From Clostridiaceae bacterium (GTDB taxonomy: Bacteria > Bacillota > Clostridia > Oscillospirales > Acutalibacteraceae): a DNA stretch of 64,000 bases. The stretch lies in contig JAEDFL010000004.1 in the NCBI GenBank assembly GCA_016292785.1, positions 3,637 to 67,636 on the forward strand, given 5' to 3'. Below are positions 56,168-64,000 of the stretch, one piece after another (the stretch's first letter is position 1; the number at the start of each line of letters is the position of its first letter). The notes under the pieces are model-generated. The model was given only the letters and a program-made list of their open reading frames with translations, was not told the origin of the DNA and did not search any database. The position numbers and the translations under genes were made by a program.

Positions 56168-56291
56168 ATAATTCATTATTTTTCTTTTACAAGCAATTAT
56201 TCCAAGCCGATATTTGTGATGCTTTCATTTGGCTGTTTTTTCCTATATAATTCTATCTTTTCAGAACAATTCTTGTAATAGTTATTCTATA

Positions 56292-58331
56292 TTATTCTTC
56301 CTCGAGAAGCTTTGACTCTGCAATAACCTTTTCCGCAACGGGAGCCGGAGCGTCCTCATAGCGTGTGAAATCAAAGGTAAACGAGCCTCTGCCGGCTGTT
56401 ACGGAGCGCAGAACCGTTGCAAAGTTTGCCATCTCCGCCATCGGAACTTCCGCAACAAGCTCCTGGAGGTTATGATCCTCCTCGGACGGTCCCATTCCGA
56501 GAACACGACCTCGGCGCTTTGTAATATCGCCCATGATGTCGCCGAGATATGCTTCGGGCATAAGAGCCTTCAGCGTTCCGATCGGCTCAAGGATTGCAGG
56601 ACTTGCCTGCGGAATACCTGCCTTGAAAGCGAGGGAAGCCGCCGTCTTAAACGCCATTTCGGAGGAGTCAACGGGGTGATACGATCCGTCGTAAAGAACG
56701 GCCTTGAGACCTACCATCGGGTAGCCTGCCATAACACCCTTCTTCATGCACTCACGGAGTCCCTTTTCAACCGCCGGGAAGTAGTTCTTGGGAACTGATC
56801 CGCCGACAACCTCGGACTCGAAGATGAGATCCTCGCCGTCGGTCGGCTCAAATCTGATCCATACGTCACCGAACTGACCGTGACCGCCGGACTGCTTCTT
56901 GTGACGTCCCTGAACCTTAACGGACTTGCGGATCGCCTCTCTGTATGCAACACGGGGAGGAGTAAGCTCAACGTCGATGCCGAACTTGCTCTTGAGCTTG
57001 GAAACAATAATGTCAAGATGCTGTTCGCCGAGACCCGAAAGAATCTGCTCCTTGGTTTCGTGATTCATCTCAAACTTGATTGTCGGATCTTCTTCAAGAA
57101 GTCTGTTTATACCTGAAACGACCTTTTCCTCGTCGCCCTTCTTGCAAGCCTTAACAGCCATAGAAAGGCAGGGCTTCGGGAAGTTTACGCCGCTAAGCTC
57201 GATAACATTGGACTGACTGCAGATTGTGTCGCCCGTCTTAACGCAGTTGAGCTTTGTTACAACGCCGATATCGCCGGCAGGAATACACTTGCAATCCTCG
57301 GACTTGTTGCCGCGAATCGTGATGATCTTGCCCATACGCTCCGTTTCGCCTGTGCGGGCATTGTAAACAGGAGTTTCGGGAGTGATCTTGCCGCTGTCAA
57401 CCTTGAAATATGACATCTTGCCTACGAAAGGATCGGCAACCGTCTTGAAGCAAAGTGCCGCAAGAGGACCGTTTTCGTCACAATCAACGTCCTTACCGCC
57501 TGCATAAGATGCGGCGTCGGGAGCGGAATATGCAAGCTCGTCAAGCAGAAGGTCAACGCCCTCCGTTGTGTAACCTGAGCAGGCATAAACAGGATAAACG
57601 GAGCTTGAATTAACACCCTCGTTAAGAGCCGTTATGATCTCCTTGCGTGTAAACTCCTCGCCTGCAAAGAATTTTTCCATAAGCTCGTCGCTCGCCGTTG
57701 CAACAGCTTCGGTGAGGATATCGAGCATCTCGCTGATCTTATCGTCCTCGGGCATCGGGATTTCAACCGCTTTGCCGTCGTGATATTCATAACCCTTACG
57801 GGCGGCAAGGTTTACATAAGCCTTGACCTGTCCGTTAACTATGTAAGGAACGATAACGGGGCAGACTGCGCCGCCGTGTACCGCCTTGATCTCGTCAAAG
57901 GTTTTGTAAAAATCGGCATGCTCCTTGTCACAGCGAGTGACGGCGAACATCTTGCCTCTCTTTTTGGCGGCCTTGAAAGCCTTTTCTGCGCCGACGTCAT
58001 ATTTATGTCCTGCACCGAGCACAATCAGAACGCACTCGGAAGCGGCGATACCCTCGCACATCTCTCCCTCAAAGTCGAAAAGACCCGGAGTGTCGATTAT
58101 ATTGAGCTTACAGTCTTTCCATTCAATCGGAGCAACCGCCGCCGAAACGGATACGTTTCTCCTCTTCTCCTCGGGATCAAAGTCGAGAGCGGCTGTACCC
58201 TCGTCAACTCTGCCGAGTCTGTCCGTCAGACCTGCGATATAAAGCATAGCCTCCGCAAGAGTAGTCTTGCCTCGGCCTGCGTGACCTGCAACAGCAATAT
58301 TTCTGATATCCTTAGCGTTATAGTACTTCAA
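56292..58331 (-). CDS. elongation factor G-like translational GTPase (EF-G paralog)
   Basis: TTG start with an AAGGAGG RBS. G1 AGHAGRGKTT, G3 DTPG, EF-G domains II-V, 679 aa. It is not the canonical fusA N-terminus (AH.DAGKTT). Confidence 0.85.
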   Translation of the reverse strand: MKYYNAKDIRNIAVAGHAGRGKTTLAEAMLYIAGLTDRLGRVDEGTAALDFDPEEKRRNVSVSAAVAPIEWKDCKLNIIDTPGLFDFEGEMCEGIAASECVLIVLGAGHKYDVGAEKAFKAAKKRGKMFAVTRCDKEHADFYKTFDEIKAVHGGAVCPVIVPYIVNGQVKAYVNLAARKGYEYHDGKAVEIPMPEDDKISEMLDILTEAVATASDELMEKFFAGEEFTRKEIITALNEGVNSSSVYPVYACSGYTTEGVDLLLDELAYSAPDAASYAGGKDVDCDENGPLAALCFKTVADPFVGKMSYFKVDSGKITPETPVYNARTGETERMGKIITIRGNKSEDCKCIPAGDIGVVTKLNCVKTGDTICSQSNVIELSGVNFPKPCLSMAVKACKKGDEEKVVSGINRLLEEDPTIKFEMNHETKEQILSGLGEQHLDIIVSKLKSKFGIDVELTPPRVAYREAIRKSVKVQGRHKKQSGGHGQFGDVWIRFEPTDGEDLIFESEVVGGSVPKNYFPAVEKGLRECMKKGVMAGYPMVGLKAVLYDGSYHPVDSSEMAFKTAASLAFKAGIPQASPAILEPIGTLKALMPEAYLGDIMGDITKRRGRVLGMGPSEEDHNLQELVAEVPMAEMANFATVLRSVTAGRGSFTFDFTRYEDAPAPVAEKVIAESKLLEEE

Positions 58332-58504
58332 AAAATGACCTCCTTACGTCATACATTGATTTCAGCGCACCTTAATAATTTTGAACGCAGAATTGTAATA
58401 TGTAAAAATGTTATTATCAATGTATCAACGTTCTAACTATATCACATATAAACATAAATTTCAATAGCTTTTTAAAATTTATGTGAATTATTATTAAATT
58501 TAGA

Positions 58505-58540
58505 GTAAAAAATATGGACGCAAGCAATTTGCCTGCGCCC
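58505..58540 (-). terminator. rho-independent terminator of the LRR-dockerin gene
   Basis: The minus-strand RNA GGGCGCAGGC-AAAUU-GCUUGCGUCC gives 10 bp including two G-U pairs, followed by AUAUUUUUUAC. Confidence 0.6.
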
Positions 58541-58563
58541 GTATTTTCAATTTAAAAAAATGA

Positions 58564-60594
58564 TTATGCGTTTTCTTCATCGGACGGAGTATCCGGTGTC
58601 TCGCTCTCTCCGGGGTTCTCGCCCTCTCCGGGATTTTCGCCCTCACCGGGATTCTCGCTCTCACCGGGATTTTCGCCCTCACCGGGATTCTCGCCCTCGC
58701 CGGGATTCTCACCCTCACCGGGATTTTCGCCCTCGCCGGGATTTTCGCCCTCACCGGGGTTATCCGTGTTGGGATAATAATCTGTCGGAGTTTTGTTATC
58801 AACCGAAATCTGAAGAACCGCCAACGCATCGGCAGAATTGATAAGATCGTTACCGTCAACATTTGCCGCCGCAAGACCTGATCCGCTCAAGGTCACAGCT
58901 TCAACGCTGTGCTGAAGAATAAGCAGAGCGTCGGCAGAGTTAATATTTCCGTCACCGTTGACATCGCCGATAACGATGATCGTATAAGAAGCAACCTCTT
59001 CCTCTCCGTTTTTCGTGACAAGCGTTGCTCCGTTTGTAACTTTTTCAAGCGGCTCAACCGTGAGATCCTTTCCTACAACAAAATCGGCAAGAATTTTCTC
59101 CAAAGACGCCTCTTTATCATAAACCGTTATGACTTTATTTTCTTCGTCAAAGGCGCAGATTTTTGCTTCTTCACCAAGCTTAAAGCCGAGGTCGAGCTGA
59201 ATTTTATTCAGTGTAAACTCGTTTTCCGTTGCGTATCTCTCAGCATCAGAGCCTTCATATCCGGTAACTGTGAAGTCCTCCACCTTGACAACATTTCCGT
59301 CGCCGTCAACCGTATATCCAAACGCTTTTTCTCCGATTGACGTTACCGACTTAGGAACAGAGATTTCCTTGCAGTCGCTCAGGAACGCATATGCACCGAC
59401 AGCCGTTATTCCCTCGCAGAGAACGATACTCTTGGGATTTCCAAGCATATATTCGGGAATTGCATCTGCGGTACTGTCACCGATCGTACCCGTTCCCGTA
59501 AATGTCAGAACGCCGTCATCGGATATTGTCCATGTGAGAGTTTCGCCGATTGTTCCGCTCTTCGGAAAATATTTGCCGAGAGAATTGAATGTAAACTCGT
59601 TTTCGGTTGCGTAGCTCTGAGCCGCTGTTTCATCATATCCCGTTATAGAAAATCCGTCTATTTTTGCTCCGCTCTTGCCGTATCCGAAAGCCTTTTTGCC
59701 GATCGTTTCAACCGTGTGCGGAATATTTACGCTTTTCAGAGAAGTGCAAAGATAAAACGCCTGATCGCCGATCGTTGTTATTCCGTCTGCAAACTCAACT
59801 GAAGCGAGCTTTGAGCAACCCGAAAATGCCGCCTCGGATATCGTGCGGACGCTTGACGGGAAGCTGACCGCCTCAAGCTTTTCGCATCCGTCAAATGCGG
59901 AGATTCCTATTTCCGTAATCTTTTCACCAAGCGTAAGAGTTTTAAGATTTTCACAGCAGTAAAAGGCTCTGTCTGCAATCTTTTCAAGGGAAGCCGGGGC
60001 TTCAAATGCTTCGAGAAGAATACAGGAATGGAATGCGGAATCGCCGATAGTTTTTACCGAATCGGGAAGCGCGACCGTCTTGAGCGCCGAGCATTTATAG
60101 AAAGCTTTTGCGCCGATTTCGGTTACCGTTTCAGGCAGATTGACCGTTTCCAACGAGCTGCAGGTAGAAAAAGTCTGTTCCTCCACCTTGGTTATTCCGC
60201 CCTCTACCGTAATACTGCGAAGTCCCTTGCACTCAAAGAATGCGCCCTTGCCGATTTTGGTTATTGTCGCAGGGACAGTAAGGTTTTCCAAAGTATAGTT
60301 CTTGTAAAAGACATAACTGCCTATACCCGTGATTCCGTCGCCGAAAACAACGTTTGTATAGTCTATTCCTGCCCACGGCATAGTGGGACTTCCGTCCTCG
60401 TCCTTATAGGTATCATAGTCGGGGATATCGCCGCTGCCGCCGAAGGTCAGAGTCTTTGTTATATTGTCAAAGCTCCATGTAACCTCCGAGCCTTCGATTG
60501 TCTGAGCAGCAGCAGCCGTCAAGGACATAAGTCCCGTACTGCAAACAGTCAGCATCAGACATAACGCAATCGCTAATGAAATAATTTTTTTCAT
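58564..60594 (-). CDS. secreted leucine-rich-repeat (BspA-like) protein with dockerin and a C-terminal NPGEGE repeat
   Basis: Signal peptide MKKIISLAIALCLMLTVCSTGLMSLTAAAA. It carries many repeats of the pattern l..v.iP.svt.IG..AF..C..L. The dockerin is GDVNGDGNINSADALLILQHSV...NVDGNDLINSADALAVLQISV (about 58798-58970). Confidence 0.85.
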   Translation of the reverse strand: MKKIISLAIALCLMLTVCSTGLMSLTAAAAQTIEGSEVTWSFDNITKTLTFGGSGDIPDYDTYKDEDGSPTMPWAGIDYTNVVFGDGITGIGSYVFYKNYTLENLTVPATITKIGKGAFFECKGLRSITVEGGITKVEEQTFSTCSSLETVNLPETVTEIGAKAFYKCSALKTVALPDSVKTIGDSAFHSCILLEAFEAPASLEKIADRAFYCCENLKTLTLGEKITEIGISAFDGCEKLEAVSFPSSVRTISEAAFSGCSKLASVEFADGITTIGDQAFYLCTSLKSVNIPHTVETIGKKAFGYGKSGAKIDGFSITGYDETAAQSYATENEFTFNSLGKYFPKSGTIGETLTWTISDDGVLTFTGTGTIGDSTADAIPEYMLGNPKSIVLCEGITAVGAYAFLSDCKEISVPKSVTSIGEKAFGYTVDGDGNVVKVEDFTVTGYEGSDAERYATENEFTLNKIQLDLGFKLGEEAKICAFDEENKVITVYDKEASLEKILADFVVGKDLTVEPLEKVTNGATLVTKNGEEEVASYTIIVIGDVNGDGNINSADALLILQHSVEAVTLSGSGLAAANVDGNDLINSADALAVLQISVDNKTPTDYYPNTDNPGEGENPGEGENPGEGENPGEGENPGEGENPGESENPGEGENPGEGENPGESETPDTPSDEENA
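58601..58765. repeat. 18-bp tandem repeat (~9 units) encoding (NPGE[GS]E)n
   Basis: The units are CCGGGATTTTCGCCCTCA and close variants, from 58610 onward. They are in frame in the minus-strand LRR gene. The alternative-frame ORFs 58500..58874 and 58560..58841 are artefacts of the repeat. Confidence 0.9.
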
Positions 60595-60759
60595 TTCAAC
60601 TTCTCTCCTTTGTTAAGTCATTTTGGAATACTTATTGCTATTCATTGTAATTATAAATCATTTTCTTTTTTGTGTCAACAATATCATACGCATCCGCACC
60701 ACAGCAATAAAAAAAGAGCTGCCGCACTAAGCAGCAGCTCAAAATTTATGAAATTAAAC

Positions 60760-61131
60760 TTATTTAATTTCGATCTCTGCGCCGACTTCCTCAAGCTTAG
60801 CCTTGAGATCCTCAGCCTCGTCCTTAGAAACGCCTTCCTTGATTGCCTTGGGAGCGCCGTCAACAAGAGCCTTAGCCTCAGCAAGTCCAAGACCTGTGAT
60901 GTCCTTAACAGCCTTAACAACCTTGATCTTCTGTGCGCCTGCGTTAGCAAGGATAACGTCGAACTCGGTCTTCTCCTCAGCTGCCGGGCCTGCTACTGCC
61001 GGACCTGCAACAACTGCTGCTGCAGCGGAAACGCCGAACTCCTCTTCTACTGCGTGTACGAGCTCTGAAAGCTCAAGAACTGAAAGAGTCTTCAACTCTT
61101 CAACGATAGCATTAATTTTCTCTGATGCCAT
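60760..61131 (-). CDS. rplL: 50S ribosomal protein L7/L12
   Basis: [34 protein letters not shown]...[25 protein letters not shown]. Confidence 0.95.
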   Translation of the reverse strand: MASEKINAIVEELKTLSVLELSELVHAVEEEFGVSAAAAVVAGPAVAGPAAEEKTEFDVILANAGAQKIKVVKAVKDITGLGLAEAKALVDGAPKAIKEGVSKDEAEDLKAKLEEVGAEIEIK

Positions 61132-61188
61132 GGTAATTTACCTCCATAATAGTTTTTGTAATTTTTTAAAATTTAGTTTCGCTGACAA

Positions 61189-61707
61189 TTAAGCCTCAGC
61201 GGGAGCTTCTGCCTTATCGGCGATAGCCTGAACGGCACGGGCAAAGCCTGCGATAGGTGCGCTGAATACATTTGCAACCATAGAGAGCAATGTTTCTCTC
61301 GAGGGAAGGTTTGCAAGATCCTTGAGCTTCTCCATCGACATTACTTCACCGTCGAGATAACCTGCTTTAAGAGCAAAGTTGTCGTGATCCTCAGCATACT
61401 TGTTAAGGATACGGGCTGCGGCTACATAGTCGTCCTTGGAAGTTGCGAGAGCTGTTGTTCCGTCAAGAACCTCGCTCATGCTTTCGAGTGATGTTCCGCT
61501 GATTGCGAGCTTGAGGAGAGTATTCTTAACAACAGTGTACTCAACTCCTGCTTCACGAAGCTCCTTACGCAGAGCGGTATCATCGGCAACGGAAATACCC
61601 TTGTAATCTACGATTACGCCGGCGCATGAATTGCTGATTCTGTCTGCAACGGCAGCAACGATCTGCTTCTTCTGTTCCAAAACGCTTGCACTTGGCATGT
61701 TTTTCAC
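61189..61707 (-). CDS. rplJ: 50S ribosomal protein L10
   Basis: 172 aa. Typical L10 N-terminus (K.Q.V..v...i....g.i..dY.GisV.....LR.elReaGve) directly upstream of rplL. Confidence 0.95.
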   Translation of the reverse strand: MKNMPSASVLEQKKQIVAAVADRISNSCAGVIVDYKGISVADDTALRKELREAGVEYTVVKNTLLKLAISGTSLESMSEVLDGTTALATSKDDYVAAARILNKYAEDHDNFALKAGYLDGEVMSMEKLKDLANLPSRETLLSMVANVFSAPIAGFARAVQAIADKAEAPAEA

Positions 61708-61890
61708 CTCTCATACAATGAAATAAGGTGCGTATAAACGAAAACTAATCCCTGTCCACTCACCGTGAACAGGGATATGACATACAAATATTTACCCGAA
61801 AAAGCTTCGGTAATCGTATGCTCCCATTCTCGGCAGGCGGTCGTTAAACCATTACGCTGATGCACCTGCTGTCTTTGAAAAAGAACAGCT
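61708..61890 (-). ncRNA. ribosomal protein L10 leader (cis-regulatory 5' UTR with attenuator hairpin)
   Basis: A ~180-nt 5' UTR lies between the predicted promoter and rplJ. The minus-strand hairpin CCCUGUUCAC-GGUGA-GUGGACAGGG (61774-61750) is followed by AUUAGUUUUCGUUUAU, consistent with the attenuation-type L10 leader described in Firmicutes. The covariance model was not run. Confidence 0.55.
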
Positions 61891-61895
61891 TAGTT

Positions 61896-61924
61896 ATATT
61901 ACCATATACTTTTTCGTTTGTCAA
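61896..61924 (-). promoter_or_regulatory. sigma-A promoter of the rplJL operon
   Basis: On the minus strand: TTGACA (61924-61919), a 17-nt spacer, then TAATAT (61901-61896). Confidence 0.6.
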
Positions 61925-61951
61925 CTGTTTTTTGATATTATCTATTATTTT

Positions 61952-62695
61952 TCAGCCCATTGCAACATCAAGAAGCATCATTAAAGCAAAGCCGACCGCT
62001 GTTCCCGCTGTGCCTATGCGGCTTTTCGCCTGAGGAATAAGCTCCTGCGACACGACGTAAATCATCGCTCCTGCGGCAAAGGAAAGCACGAACGGAAGTA
62101 TCGGAGAAACAAGCCAGGTGAGCAAAACCGTCAGCACCGCCGCTATAGGCTCGACCGCACCCGACAGCACTCCGTACAAAAAAGCTCGCCTCTTCGTCAT
62201 TCCGTCCGTGACGAGCGGGGCGGAGATTATTGTGCCCTCGGGGAAGTTCTGGACAGATATTCCTATTGAAAGCGTGAGGGCTTCGGAGGGCGGAATTACA
62301 CCGCTGAGTGCACCGGAGAAAGCAACGCCGACCGCCATGCCCTCCGGGATATTGTGGAGCGTTACCGCTATGAAAAGCATCAGACTTTCTCCGAGCTTCG
62401 GCGGCTGTGTTTCGTCCGTCTTGATTTCGGGAACAAGGAAGTCAAGCAGCATCATACCTGCCGTACCGCTCAGGAAGCCTGCGACAGCAGGAATCCACGA
62501 GCCTGCCGCCTCTATTGCCGGTATAAGCAGCGACCATACCGAAGCCGCCGTCATAACTCCTGCCGCAAAGCCGAGCATTGCACGGTGAAAACGGGGATTT
62601 GCTCCCTTTTTCATAAAGAATACCGCCGCCGCACCGATTGAAGTCCCAATGAACGGCAACACTATTCCGATAACCGTTTCAGTTATGCAATTCAT
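61952..62695 (-). CDS. ZIP-family divalent metal (zinc) transporter
   Basis: 247 aa, about 8 TM segments. HNIPEGMAVG signature and VQNFPEG. Confidence 0.85.
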   Translation of the reverse strand: MNCITETVIGIVLPFIGTSIGAAAVFFMKKGANPRFHRAMLGFAAGVMTAASVWSLLIPAIEAAGSWIPAVAGFLSGTAGMMLLDFLVPEIKTDETQPPKLGESLMLFIAVTLHNIPEGMAVGVAFSGALSGVIPPSEALTLSIGISVQNFPEGTIISAPLVTDGMTKRRAFLYGVLSGAVEPIAAVLTVLLTWLVSPILPFVLSFAAGAMIYVVSQELIPQAKSRIGTAGTAVGFALMMLLDVAMG

Positions 62696-62713
62696 TCAAT
62701 CACCGATTTCTAA

Positions 62714-62737
62714 AATATTCCTAATATCAGAAATATT
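62714..62737. promoter_or_regulatory. 24-bp AT-rich palindrome, candidate metalloregulator operator for the ZIP gene
   Basis: In AATATTCCTAAT|ATCAGAAATATT the half-sites match at 10 of 12 positions. It lies 19 nt upstream of the ZIP start codon, in the divergent intergenic region. Confidence 0.35.
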
Positions 62738-62821
62738 CCGCCGTCAAATAAATGTTCGTCAATAAGGTTGTATTTTTTTTCGTCGTGTATTATAATAATC
62801 GGCGTGAACGGAGGTGTCGAA

Positions 62822-64000
62822 ATGGAAGACTTTTGCGAAAAAGTGAAAATGAAGCGCAGAGCCTTTGCCGACAGAGCATATAATACCCTTTGCCGTGCTG
62901 ACGACGGGTTTTCTTCACGGCGAAAGCTCAACATTGCCGTTATTGCGGCAGTTTGCGTTGTTCTGTTTGCCTTTATGCTTTTTCTGAACTACTGCACCCC
63001 ATATCTCAACGACGACTATATTTATTTCAACATTTTCTCCGAGGACGGCATCGGCGACTTTATTCTTCTGTCCGTCAAGGATCAGAAGGTTGAGAGCATT
63101 TCCGATATTGTGGAGTCGATGAAAGCTCACTACAATGTTATGAACGGCAGGATCGTTATTCATTCTATCGTTCAGCTTGTTCTGATGTATCCGAAAGCTG
63201 TTTTCAACGTGCTGAACTCGGCGGCTTATGTTGCGCTGATGCTTCTTATCTACAAGCATTGCAAGGGAAATAAAAAAGAGGACAGGGCAGTCCTTTTTGT
63301 GCTTATATGTCTTGCGGCATGGACGTTTCTGCCCGATTTCGGCAAGACAGTCTTATGGCTCACGGGCAGTATCAACTATCTGTGGAGCTCAGTCTTTCGG
63401 CTTGCCGTTCTTCTCCCGTTCAGGCTGTATGCTGACGGCAGGGAGGACAAAATACCGTGGCTCAAAGCTGTTGTAATGACGCTTCTTTGTGCGGCGGCAG
63501 GAGCAACGAACGAAAACACAAGTGCCGCTTTCATCGGAGTTGTTGTTCTTTTTATGATATATTGCCGATGTCACGGCAGAAAAATTCCGTTCTGGTCTGT
63601 CACGGGACTTATCGGTGCGCTGTGCGGATTTTTCTTTATGGTGGCGGCTCCCGGCAATTCACGCCGCATAGGGATTGGCGAGGAGGTCGGAAATTCCGTT
63701 CTTTCAAGACTTACCAACATTCCCGGCAATATGGTTCTTTCACTCTCGGTTTTCGTCGGAGCGTTTGCGGTCTGCGCAGTAATTCTCTACGCTTATGACC
63801 GTGAAAACGGTAACTCGAAAACAGGAGTTGCTTTAATCTCCATGCTCGGCGCTTTCGGTGCGGCGGCAGTTATGATCGCCTCACCCCAGTTCCCGACAAG
63901 AGCGTGGTTCGGCATATATGTCTACGCCATGACCGCAGTAGGCATACTCGTTTACCGCATTATGCTCAGCGAAAATCTGACAAGGAAGCTCCTGCTTATT
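62822..64000 (+). CDS. polytopic membrane protein, DUF6056/GT-C-like (3' end beyond the window)
   Basis: Manual translation from ATG 62822 (GGAGGTG RBS) gives MEDFCEKVKMKRRAFADRAYNTL...CTPYLNDDYIYFNIF...HSIVQLVLMYPKAVFNVLNSAAYVALMLLIY... The frame is open to the window end with many TM segments. The family call is tentative. Confidence 0.65.
   Translation, partial: MEDFCEKVKMKRRAFADRAYNTLCRADDGFSSRRKLNIAVIAAVCVVLFAFMLFLNYCTPYLNDDYIYFNIFSEDGIGDFILLSVKDQKVESISDIVESMKAHYNVMNGRIVIHSIVQLVLMYPKAVFNVLNSAAYVALMLLIYKHCKGNKKEDRAVLFVLICLAAWTFLPDFGKTVLWLTGSINYLWSSVFRLAVLLPFRLYADGREDKIPWLKAVVMTLLCAAAGATNENTSAAFIGVVVLFMIYCRCHGRKIPFWSVTGLIGALCGFFFMVAAPGNSRRIGIGEEVGNSVLSRLTNIPGNMVLSLSVFVGAFAVCAVILYAYDRENGNSKTGVALISMLGAFGAAAVMIASPQFPTRAWFGIYVYAMTAVGILVYRIMLSENLTRKLLLI

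Noticed and set aside
55996-56250. 84-aa ORF in the AT-rich spacer as a real gene or a type I toxin
   Set aside because: There is no RBS, the ORF reads through a strong hairpin, and its C-terminal half is low-complexity AT-driven sequence. It is kept only as a remark in the findings.
56292-58331. EF-G paralog as a Tet(M)/Tet(O)-type ribosomal protection resistance gene
   Set aside because: The N-terminus and G1 context do not resemble Tet(M)/Tet(O) (INIGVLAHVDAGKTT). There is no mobile-element context, so the call remains a generic EF-G-like GTPase.
58500-58874. Arg/Pro-rich ORFs (58500..58874 minus, 58560..58841 plus) and the possibility that the 18-bp array is a CRISPR
   Set aside because: The repeats are contiguous with no spacers, far shorter than CRISPR repeats, and in frame with the LRR-dockerin gene as NPGEGE units. 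The Arg/Pro ORFs are alternative-frame artefacts.

Overview
This window looks like a chromosomal segment of a Gram-positive anaerobe, probably Clostridia and Ruminococcus/Oscillospiraceae-like. That placement is an inference from the type-I dockerin modules, the glgB-glgC-glgD-glgA operon, the lon-engB pairing and AGGAGG-type ribosome-binding sites.

Most of the window is housekeeping:
- the L-fucose operon fucU, an FGGY kinase and fucI
- glnA, yhaM, prmA, murD, murI, lon and engB
- the glycogen operon
- a P1B metal ATPase with its ArsR repressor
- comM
- rplJ-rplL with an L10-leader attenuator
- a ZIP transporter

I found no rRNA, tRNA, CRISPR array, transposase, integrase or recognisable defence system. 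Two edge-truncated genes are missing from the ORF track and I translated them by hand: fucI (1..1483, minus) and a polytopic membrane protein (62822..64000, plus).

The unusual feature is the density of signal-peptide hydrolases scattered among core genes:
- two PHP-superfamily metallohydrolase paralogs
- two calcineurin-type phosphoesterases
- an EEP sphingomyelinase-like enzyme
- a ceramidase-like enzyme
- two paralogous lipase-like proteins

Three unrelated proteins also carry dockerins: a GH25 muramidase, an LRR protein and one of the PHP hydrolases.

The leads I rate highest are:
1. A 458-bp tract of perfect identity shared in inverted orientation by the two PHP paralogs about 33 kb apart. 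It looks like gene conversion and is a possible inversion substrate.
2. A tightly packed ten-gene minus-strand cluster that extends the glycogen operon. The added genes include a histidine-phosphatase homolog whose catalytic RHG motif reads RNG, a cytoplasmic beta-propeller plus alpha/alpha-barrel protein, and an FAD oxidoreductase.
3. A dispersed structured intergenic repeat family with GTCTAA-type micro-repeats.
4. A shared C-terminal amphipathic tail on unrelated secreted phosphoesterases.

I cannot show that any of these is a new system. All functional readings are motif-level inferences made by eye, without database searches.
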